From: Candidatus Calescibacterium sp.
GTDB lineage: Bacteria; Calescibacteriota; Calescibacteriia; Calescibacteriales; Calescibacteriaceae
NCBI GenBank assembly: GCA_032249135.1
Contig: JAVVGL010000011.1
Coordinates: 1-63,195 of the forward strand
Direction: 5' to 3'
DNA: 63,195 bases
Below the pieces are notes generated by a model. That model saw only the letters and a program-made list of their open reading frames with translations, ran no database searches and was not told the DNA's origin. Positions 30,301 through 37,160 of this stretch are shown in pieces (within the stretch, counting starts at the first letter, position 1; every line of letters starts with the position of its first letter). A program made the translations under genes and the position numbers.

Positions 30301-30414
30301 ATTTCTGAATACGGATACGGAATTGGAGTTATGGGAGATTCAGTATATATGGTCGGAGAATTGGATATTGCTTCAAGTGTAAGCTATCCGTTTGCTCTCA
30401 AATACACCAGGTAA
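27304..30414 (+). CDS. Large secreted/surface protein: Gly linker, carboxypeptidase-regulatory-like and Ig-like domains, YfaP-like domain, C-terminal beta-propeller
   Basis: GSGRGGGSGGSGGGG linker; VSHFSWWNPD; WGNKKCDLDLHITGP; NSPPTF..SDPDGD..DDLKGG Ig repeat; KYSPSGTLLW propeller-type repeats. Confidence 0.75.
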   Translation: MLSFQGKRLVYYLFLFSSLLSFSFQKVSEGNLISDSEKFFLNQNPKSLFSSSSSNQRIKEKGTSFSCGSGRGGGSGGSGGGGSLGGGGDLPPQPKGYILLKVSNANSNSPVENAIVYVNGVQTATTSGEGTAFFPLEPDKYLIKVSAQGFADSFFSVSVQSGSVSVLNISLVPYRFSFEFNTSSGAQAYDRASGVKIVIPAGGLQKESGGTYNGTVILKLSYIDPKDPLQLKGFPGDFVAQKSNGERVLLETFGPIEAKLLSESGEKLNLPPGVVAEVSFPIPANMIDYVPDIVPLWSFDESKAEWIEEGVLYKVLDEDGRYVLKGYVSHFSWWNPDIPQDTTCVKGRIKDERGNPLVGVPVWSEGIDYNGGDLTGRTQRKTDSEGRFFTFVKKNAKSKIKTALADGIEIELAEIQTTSSYPSYYLKDWMQNPQSAWSICPDIGEFSFDKLTIILRWGNKKCDLDLHITGPKSGGGRFHIATKVWGRKYLLSEILGDDYPEVASLSLGTQGVYRVSVYHNNPNDTDCGRLLKDSGAVIQVWKGNRVIATASPPSTGSGNIWKALDIQVGADGVVITPVFEIVSGDYCSPYHPDPSYEQPCPTNSPPTFSADVPTQVEGGSVVIIPLNVSDPDGDSVEVEILSSGNFGRFYTGDGYIVWETPDVRADTNINFTIRVDDLKGGIVSASYSVLVKPLNYYKTWEFYKDDSSFGKTFYDVALTTDGFYTILDKDGSDAIVKFDSSGRIVGTKILPRIFDIAVGSDGVYVAEDRGAGIFALSKHSFDLSSTLWELATTINGRNFMAVDVFGDAIYVAFVEGGNYVVKKYSPSGTLLWTTSFPRSGNLSICWVNCLRVNKDTGEIYLSVYEDYFSGQDYQKVFRISPSGSVLASKTFANWALVPIYPSGTSLYLVRNWNILEVYDQSFNLIKSVSICSSYPSLCVAQSYYWVTDLFVYAGKLYAYAGKSVYNDNLDWLRDSLAFLEFTLELDLVRIKDVGVSYKNISEYGYGIGVMGDSVYMVGELDIASSVSYPFALKYTR

Positions 30415-30445
30415 TTTTCTTTTTCAAATTTTTCAAGTGAAGTTG

Positions 30446-30464
30446 AGAGATTTAATAAATCTCT
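30446..30464. repeat. Perfect inverted repeat AGAGATTTA-A-TAAATCTCT
   Basis: 9-bp arms, about 30 bp downstream of the surface-protein stop. Confidence 0.7.
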
Positions 30465-30584
30465 AAGGTGATACTATCTTTGAGAAGGTTTTAGGGGATA
30501 TATACCACCAAAGATGCTTATGGGATAAAGTTGCGGTGTGATAAAGAAGGTATAATAAGGGAATATGCTATAAAGTCTAGCAAT

Positions 30585-30616
30585 TGATTACGATATAACA
30601 AGTGATTACGATATAA
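30585..30616. repeat. 14-bp direct repeat TGATTACGATATAA x2
   Basis: Copies at 30585-30598 and 30603-30616. Confidence 0.75.
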
Positions 30617-30795
30617 AAGTTCTATATTTTTGCGCCTTTGAATTTACCAGAAGATTCTCAGATAATAGGGGGATAAAGCTTATAATAGCAGTTTTACGAA
30701 GAACTACTAAAAGAAGAAGGGATAGATCTCAGACATCAAGAGAAAGAATATGAGGAAGGAAGGTTAGTTAGAATACCTGTCAGGTTATTTCATTC

Positions 30796-31467
30796 TTATT
30801 TGTTCTGTGTGCTTCCCCTTTCTGATTCTTTTGAAATTATTTGATTCAGAGCCTTTTCAAGTCTTTCGGAATTCACCTCACCGAATAGTATTTTCTTTAT
30901 TTTCAAATCTGGTCCTACTATTAATGTAGTGGGAATTGAGTTTATCCCGAGGTTTTTTGAGAACTTGCCGTTATCTAAAACAATCTGATAATTTATCTTC
31001 ATATCTTCTATAAGTTTTTTCACATTTTTCTCGTCATCTAACGCTACCCCTATTACTGTCGCGTTAGTTGATTTTTCAGAGAATTTTTTAAGTTCTGGTA
31101 TCTCATCAAGGCACGGATCACACCAGGAGGCAAAAAAATTGATTATAGTGTATTTTCCCATATCTATGTATAAGTTTTGAGGGGGTTCAAAATCAAAAAT
31201 GCTTTTACCCACAATTTCTTTTTCTGGAAGGAACATTATAGCTATACCTATTGCTATAAATAGTATTATAAGGAGGGATTTTAGAGCTTTACTTTTGAAG
31301 TCCTGTTTGCCAGCGAGTTTTTCTCTTTCTCTTTTTATCTCATTCAGGAATTTAAGAAATTTTTCGTGCTTTGACTCCTCATGCTTGATTTTACTTTTTG
31401 CTTCTTCATAAAGTGTATAAATCTCTTCTTCATATTTACCATTTTTTTTATCTTCTTTTTTCTCCAT
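30796..31467 (-). CDS. TlpA/ResA-like membrane-anchored thiol-disulfide oxidoreductase
   Basis: TM helix, INFFASWCDPC..EIP, IPTTLIV; ATG at 31467 preferred over the TTG at 31503. Confidence 0.85.
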   Translation of the reverse strand: MEKKEDKKNGKYEEEIYTLYEEAKSKIKHEESKHEKFLKFLNEIKREREKLAGKQDFKSKALKSLLIILFIAIGIAIMFLPEKEIVGKSIFDFEPPQNLYIDMGKYTIINFFASWCDPCLDEIPELKKFSEKSTNATVIGVALDDEKNVKKLIEDMKINYQIVLDNGKFSKNLGINSIPTTLIVGPDLKIKKILFGEVNSERLEKALNQIISKESERGSTQNK

Positions 31468-31507
31468 AAAAATTATATTATTCCTTCTGTTTTGAACTTT
31501 CAAAAAT

Positions 31508-32656
31508 ATGAAAACAAAAGAAAGAGAAAGGAAAGAAAAATTTATGAGATATGCTCTCTTGCTTGCAAAAGTTAATGCCGGAAAAACCGCTCCTAATCCC
31601 TGGGTTGGAGCTGTTCTTGTAAAAGAAGGTAAAATAATAGGTAAGGGATTTCATAAAGGCGCCGGGTTCCCTCACGCTGAAATTGAAGCTATTGAGAATG
31701 CTATAAAAAGAGGATTCTCACCTGCTGGTGCCGAACTTTTTGTCTCTTTACAACCCTGTAATACTTATGGTAGAACTCCTCCTTGTACATTACAGATAAG
31801 AAAATACGGGATAGAAAAGGTTTTTTTTTCTTTGCACGATCCAAATTTAAACCAGAGCAATTATCCCGTGGATAACATTGAAGGAGGAATACTTGAAGAC
31901 GATGGGGAAAAAGTCTTACTACCATACATAGTTTATGTGAAAGAGAAAAGACCTTATATTATTGTCAAACTTGCTGTAACTTTGGATGGAAAAATAGCAG
32001 ATTTGGAAGGAAATTCAAAATACTTAACATCTCAGGAATCTCTACAGCTTGTTCATATTCTCAGAGCTCGCACTAATTTTATACTTGTTGGGAAAAATAC
32101 AGTTGAGAAAGACAATCCTCATCTTGACACAAAAAATTTACCGGCTCAATGTGTCAAAAAGATTAGAAAGATAAAAATGCATGTTGGAGGAGAATATCCA
32201 AATCCTGTAAAAATTATTCTCGGTCTCCCCTCCTATGCTGACTCTCTTAATATTTTGAAAGGAAATAATGTTATTTTCTTCGTTGATGAAGGGGATACCT
32301 CAAAATTCTTTGAATCTGAATTTGTCAGAGGTAAGGAAAATGTCTCCTTTTTGTTTCAAAGGGAAAAGAATGTGAATTTGATTTTAGATTTCGTCTTTCA
32401 GATGGGAGGAATAGTTCTTTTGATTGAGGGAGGAGTTAAAGTCGTGTGGGAATTTTTGAAAGAAAAAATTGTGGATGAATTATGGTTATTTTTTGCTCCA
32501 AAGATTTTCGGTGGAGGGAAAGGATTTGATTTTCCCGATGCTTTCAGATTAGGGAATCATTTAAATCCGAAAATTATTCAGGTAAAAAAAATTTCAGATG
32601 ATGTTCTCATAAGATGTTCTCTGCGAAAAGATGGAAAGTTTTGGGATTTATTTTAG
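31508..32656 (+). CDS. ribD: Riboflavin biosynthesis deaminase/reductase RibD
   Basis: PNPWVGA, PHAE, PC..YGRTPPC, TLDGKIA, IEGG, APKIFGG. Confidence 0.93.
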   Translation: MKTKERERKEKFMRYALLLAKVNAGKTAPNPWVGAVLVKEGKIIGKGFHKGAGFPHAEIEAIENAIKRGFSPAGAELFVSLQPCNTYGRTPPCTLQIRKYGIEKVFFSLHDPNLNQSNYPVDNIEGGILEDDGEKVLLPYIVYVKEKRPYIIVKLAVTLDGKIADLEGNSKYLTSQESLQLVHILRARTNFILVGKNTVEKDNPHLDTKNLPAQCVKKIRKIKMHVGGEYPNPVKIILGLPSYADSLNILKGNNVIFFVDEGDTSKFFESEFVRGKENVSFLFQREKNVNLILDFVFQMGGIVLLIEGGVKVVWEFLKEKIVDELWLFFAPKIFGGGKGFDFPDAFRLGNHLNPKIIQVKKISDDVLIRCSLRKDGKFWDLF

Positions 32657-32729
32657 TAGTTTAAAAATGAGATAAATAAATTTTTATTCATTCAAAAGAA
32701 TAAAATGGGAAATTTATATTTTTTGAGAG

Positions 32730-33434
32730 ATGAAAAAAATAAGAGCTTTGAAATTGGAAGGTTCAATAGCGTATCTTAATAAAAAGCATGCACATGTTCT
32801 GAGAATAAAAGAAGGTGAAAAAATAAAAATTCTACTACCATCCGGAGACTTTGCTCTTGCAGAAGTTGTAGATAGCGAAAATATGAGGGCACAAATTCTT
32901 GAATTTATACCCCCAGTGGAAAATAAGTTGAAAATATCCATAGCTATCCCGCTTCTAAAAAAAGGAAAAACAGAAAAGATTGTAGAGTATCTTTCTATAA
33001 TAGGAGTTGAAAAAATAATACCCGTTATAACTCGAAGGAGTGAAGTGAGACCAAAAGACGAAAAGAAATTAAAAATTGAGCAAAGGCTTGCTAAAATATC
33101 AGTTGAATATGCGAGAATATCTGGGGTGAAACCTCCTCAAATGGAAAAAATAGTTTTACTTGAAAAATTAGAAGATAACCAATATCAGAAAAAAATTGTC
33201 TTTTATGAGTCATCCCCAAGGATACTATCTTATGATGACTTGGAAAGCATAGTATCCAGCTCAGATAGAATTATTATTTTGATTGGACCAGAAGGAGGAT
33301 TTACCGAGGATGAAATAGAATTCCTCAGGTCAAGAGGTTGGGAAGATTTTTCAATTGGGAGTAAAATTCTTACATCGGAGCTCTTCCCTATTTATATCAT
33401 CTCTATCTTTGATTTCTTTTCTTCTCGTATTTGA
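32730..33434 (+). CDS. rsmE: RsmE family RNA methyltransferase (SPOUT), divergent
   Basis: HVLRIKEG and IGPEGGFT..E are present; several other family motifs are altered. Confidence 0.75.
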   Translation: MKKIRALKLEGSIAYLNKKHAHVLRIKEGEKIKILLPSGDFALAEVVDSENMRAQILEFIPPVENKLKISIAIPLLKKGKTEKIVEYLSIIGVEKIIPVITRRSEVRPKDEKKLKIEQRLAKISVEYARISGVKPPQMEKIVLLEKLEDNQYQKKIVFYESSPRILSYDDLESIVSSSDRIIILIGPEGGFTEDEIEFLRSRGWEDFSIGSKILTSELFPIYIISIFDFFSSRI

Positions 33435-33553
33435 CATTATCCCTTTTTGCCATATATGTTAATTCTTTAATACTTTTTTATTTTTCAATTTATTGACGGT
33501 TCTGAATATAAATTTTTATATATATCTTTCCGAAAAGTTAAAATTTTTAAAGT

Positions 33554-34891
33554 ATGTTGCCGATTTTGAAATTAGCATTACTAATAATAAGTTTAGAGGG
33601 GAACAGGTTTAATGTTGTAAGTGTTGGGGTAGGGTATCTTGGAATTTCAGAAAAACCTGGTTTTACAATTTCGGAACTTTCATTTGCAGATTTTCAAGAT
33701 TTCAGACGCATCCCATCTTTAGGACCTTTGAATTTCGGCCTGTTTTTGGGTGGAGCTAAAATTTTTCCTTCTTTACTTTTTGATAGAGAAGACAAAACAT
33801 GGGAATTTATAAGGCAATTTCGTTATATGATTGGTGGAGGACTTTTTCCCGCCTCTTTTATGATTTTCAGCAGAAAATTATTCTTCACCGTCCTTGAAGT
33901 CGGAGATGTAAAAACTAATGTGTTCCCTTTCCTCAAATTCCAAATCATCCCTATATCAGATGCTCTAATAGCTAAAATCTTCAATCCCGTCCTTTTTTCA
34001 AGAAGGGTCTATACTCCTTCTCCTCTTCCCCATTTTGAGGTTTCCTCTGGTGCAAAAGGTGTTTCTTCATCCTTCACATTTGAGCTAAAATTTGGAATAA
34101 GAACTTACTCTACTTTTATCCCTGAACTTCCAGAAAAGGACAAAATTGAGATAGATAAATATATGACACCAGAAAAATATAAGCCTATTAGAGGTGAGCC
34201 GGAATATGATCCACGGTGGGGTGGAAAAGGTCCAAAGTATGGGCTTATGTTCTTTTTCAATTTCCTCATAGGTTTTGACATCCCAGGCTATTATGCAACA
34301 AAAGTTGTAGTGGTTGAGGAGGGGAAAATAAAGGAAGTAGCCACCGCTTCCCTTGAATTAGAAAAAAGAATAGCAGAGCTGGAAAAGAAGCTTGCAGAGG
34401 CAGAAAAGATGAGAGAGGAAGAAAGAGCTAAACTTGAAGAAGAAAGAAAGAGATTAGAAGCGGAGTTAGCGAAGGGAAGAAAGCCTACCACCGAAGAGAC
34501 ACAACCAGTGAGGGTTGCCGCGAGAAGGGAGTTTATTCCCGTTTCTTTGGGTTCTGAAGTTATAAAAATAGAATCATATAAAGATGGGAATTTGACATTA
34601 TCATGGACAATCCCTCCTGAATTAGGGGGTTTGAGTTTAGACCTTGAAAGATGTCTTGGATATAACTGCGAGAAGTTTCAACCTATCTCCTCATTCCCTT
34701 CTTCCGTCTCAAATTACACAGATAAAATAATTGTGAACCGAGTTTACTGTTATAGAATTTCCGTAAAAGTTGATGAATCCGCAGATGTTCAAAAATCCGC
34801 AAAAGAGAAAAGAATACCAAAAACCATTACCTCGGGAAAAGCTTGTGCCTATGTATCTCATAAAGGAGAAATTATAAGAGTTTATTTTTAA
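33554..34891 (+). CDS. Putative outer-membrane protein: beta-rich N-domain, coiled coil, FnIII-like C-domain (paralogue 1)
   Basis: Hydrophobic N-terminus, aromatic/Gly alternating strands, LEKRIAELEKKLAEAE heptads, LTLSW..ERC..C..YTD..YCYRI. Confidence 0.7.
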   Translation: MLPILKLALLIISLEGNRFNVVSVGVGYLGISEKPGFTISELSFADFQDFRRIPSLGPLNFGLFLGGAKIFPSLLFDREDKTWEFIRQFRYMIGGGLFPASFMIFSRKLFFTVLEVGDVKTNVFPFLKFQIIPISDALIAKIFNPVLFSRRVYTPSPLPHFEVSSGAKGVSSSFTFELKFGIRTYSTFIPELPEKDKIEIDKYMTPEKYKPIRGEPEYDPRWGGKGPKYGLMFFFNFLIGFDIPGYYATKVVVVEEGKIKEVATASLELEKRIAELEKKLAEAEKMREEERAKLEEERKRLEAELAKGRKPTTEETQPVRVAARREFIPVSLGSEVIKIESYKDGNLTLSWTIPPELGGLSLDLERCLGYNCEKFQPISSFPSSVSNYTDKIIVNRVYCYRISVKVDESADVQKSAKEKRIPKTITSGKACAYVSHKGEIIRVYF

Positions 34892-35478
34892 AGTATGCTG
34901 ATTGTTTTGAAATTAGCATTACTAATAATAAGTTTAGAGGGGAACAGGTTTAATGTTGCTAGTGTTGGGGTAGGGTATCTGGGTATTTCAGAAAAACCTG
35001 GTTTTACAATTTCGGAACTTTCATTTGCGGAGTTCCAAGATTTCAAACGCATCCCATCTTTAGGGGCTTTCAGCTTTGGAGCATTTTTGGGAGGAGCTAA
35101 AATTTTTCCTTCTCTACTTTTTGATAGAGAAGACAAATGGAGTGCAGAATATCAATCTCGTGTAATCATAAGGCAATTTCGTTATATGATTGGTGGAGGA
35201 CTTTTTCCCGCCTCTTTTATGATTTTCAGCAGAAAATTATTCTTCACCGTCCTTGAAGTCGGAGATGTAAAAACTAATGTGTTCCCTTTCCTCAAATTCC
35301 AAATCATCCCTATATCAGATGCTCTAATAGCTAAAATCTTCAATCCCGTCCTTTTTTCAAGAAGGGTCTATACTCCTTCTCCTCTTCCCCATTTTGAGGT
35401 TTCCTCTGGTGCAAAAGGTGTTTCTTCATCCTTCACATTTGAGCTAAAATTTGGAATAAGAACTTACTCTACTTTTAT
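33809..35478. repeat. 311-bp identical block in the two paralogues (33809-34119 = 35168-35478)
   Basis: Base-by-base comparison by eye from ataaggcaatttcg to tacttttat, offset 1359. Confidence 0.85.
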
Positions 35479-36262
35479 TCCCGAAATAACACAGAAGGAA
35501 ATAGAAAATCTTGCAAATGCGAAACCTATAGGTTGGCCCGAAATGGACCCAAAATACGGAAAGGGACCAAAATATGGGTTTATGTTCTTTTTCAATTTCC
35601 TCATAGGTTTTGACATCCCGGGATATTATGTAACAAAAGTTGTGGTAGTTGAAGAAGGAAAAATAAAAGAAGTAGCTACCACCACATCGCCACAGTTATG
35701 GGAAAGAATAGCGGAGCTGGAAAGGAAGCTTGCTGAAGCAGAAAGAATGAAAGAAGAAGAAAAAACCAAACTTGAAGAAGAAAAAAGAAAGTTAGGGGAA
35801 CGGTTAGCAAAAGGGAAACCTGCCGAAGAAGAAAAACCGGAGGAAGCCGTGAAGGAGGAAGAGAAACCAAAGGTAGCCACAAAGATTACTGGTAAAAAAG
35901 AGTCCACCCCTCCTTCCCTGGGCTCTGATATTTTAAAGATAGAATCATATAAAGATGGGAATTTGACATTATCGTGGAAGATTCCTCCTGAATTGAGAGC
36001 ATCAAGTTTAGACCTTGAAAGATGTCTTGGATATAACTGTGAGAAGTTTCGTCCTATCTCGTCTTTCCCTCCTTCCGTCTCAAATTATACAGATAAAATA
36101 GTTATAAATCAAGTATATTGTTATAGAATATCTGTGAAAGTAGATGAAGCGAAAAATATTCAAAAAACTACCAAAGTGAAAAAAGCACCAAAAACCATTA
36201 CCTCGGGAAAAGTCTGCGCATATGTATCTATTAAAGGAGAAATTGTAAAAGTTTATTTTTAA
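34895..36262 (+). CDS. Putative outer-membrane protein, tandem paralogue 2
   Basis: Same architecture as 33554..34891 and collinear with it over the full length. Confidence 0.7.
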   Translation: MLIVLKLALLIISLEGNRFNVASVGVGYLGISEKPGFTISELSFAEFQDFKRIPSLGAFSFGAFLGGAKIFPSLLFDREDKWSAEYQSRVIIRQFRYMIGGGLFPASFMIFSRKLFFTVLEVGDVKTNVFPFLKFQIIPISDALIAKIFNPVLFSRRVYTPSPLPHFEVSSGAKGVSSSFTFELKFGIRTYSTFIPEITQKEIENLANAKPIGWPEMDPKYGKGPKYGFMFFFNFLIGFDIPGYYVTKVVVVEEGKIKEVATTTSPQLWERIAELERKLAEAERMKEEEKTKLEEEKRKLGERLAKGKPAEEEKPEEAVKEEEKPKVATKITGKKESTPPSLGSDILKIESYKDGNLTLSWKIPPELRASSLDLERCLGYNCEKFRPISSFPPSVSNYTDKIVINQVYCYRISVKVDEAKNIQKTTKVKKAPKTITSGKVCAYVSIKGEIVKVYF

Positions 36263-36263
36263 C

Positions 36264-37055
36264 TCAAAATCTTATTTTTTTGAAGTTTGGTTCTTCTTTC
36301 CTGAAAAAAGAGGATATACCTTCTATAAATTCTTCTGAAAGAACTTGTTTTGCTTGCAAAACCCTCAATTTCCTTATATGACTTTCAAGGTAAGGGAAAG
36401 CTGACTCATATGTGAGCATTTTTATTTTAGATGATGCACCCGGAGGAGCCTTCTTTATTTTTTCAACAACAACTTTTATTTTCAGGTCAAGTTCATCTTG
36501 ATTTTCTGCAATTTCATTTATTATTCCAAGTTCAAGAGCTTCTTTTGCTTTTATCTTTTCTGCAAATATTATTTTTTGTAAAGTTCTGGTTGGACCTGCA
36601 AGATTTGCCAAAAACGGAATCCCGCATGCATCAGGAATAAGTCCTCTTTTCGTAAATATCTCGGCAAAGTATGCATCTTTTACAGCGATTTTGTAATCAA
36701 ACCAATATATCATTTCTGCTCCAAAACCCGCTGATGGACCATTTATTTTGCCAACAACAAATTTTGGACACTCTGTTGTTGCTCTTATTATGGAAACGAA
36801 CTCTTCAACATGCCACTCAAATATATCTTGAATGTCTTCTCTTGATAAATCCTCACGAGATTCTGCAAGGTCAAGTCCTGAGCAGAAAAAATCTCCCTCT
36901 CCTGTTATTACTATAACATCTACTCTTTCGTCTGAAACTGAATTTCTTATCTCTTCTGATATTTTTTTTGCATCAGAAGGAGAAATTGCATTCTTCCTCT
37001 GTGGATTTGATATTGTTATTGTTTTTACACCGTCTTTTATTTCTGTCTTTATCAT
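36264..37055 (-). CDS. Enoyl-CoA hydratase/isomerase family (PaaG-like)
   Basis: NPQRKNAI, FCSGLDL, INGPSAGFG, F..RGLIPD. Confidence 0.9.
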   Translation of the reverse strand: MIKTEIKDGVKTITISNPQRKNAISPSDAKKISEEIRNSVSDERVDVIVITGEGDFFCSGLDLAESREDLSREDIQDIFEWHVEEFVSIIRATTECPKFVVGKINGPSAGFGAEMIYWFDYKIAVKDAYFAEIFTKRGLIPDACGIPFLANLAGPTRTLQKIIFAEKIKAKEALELGIINEIAENQDELDLKIKVVVEKIKKAPPGASSKIKMLTYESAFPYLESHIRKLRVLQAKQVLSEEFIEGISSFFRKEEPNFKKIRF

Positions 37056-37160
37056 AAATCACCAAGATAAAAATTTTATATTTATTTTTTTATCTTTTTT
37101 ATTTTGTTTTGTCAAATTTTTTGCCCAATAAATACAAAAAAATTCTTCTGATTTAAAATA

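Noticed and set aside
30438..30470. IS transposase called from the VERFNKSLR peptide
   Set aside because: Nine residues only, coinciding with a DNA palindrome; no terminal repeats or further DDE motifs.
33554..36262. Diversity-generating retroelement (TR/VR pair)
   Set aside because: Differences are not adenine-specific, include indels and span whole genes, and there is no reverse transcriptase in the window.
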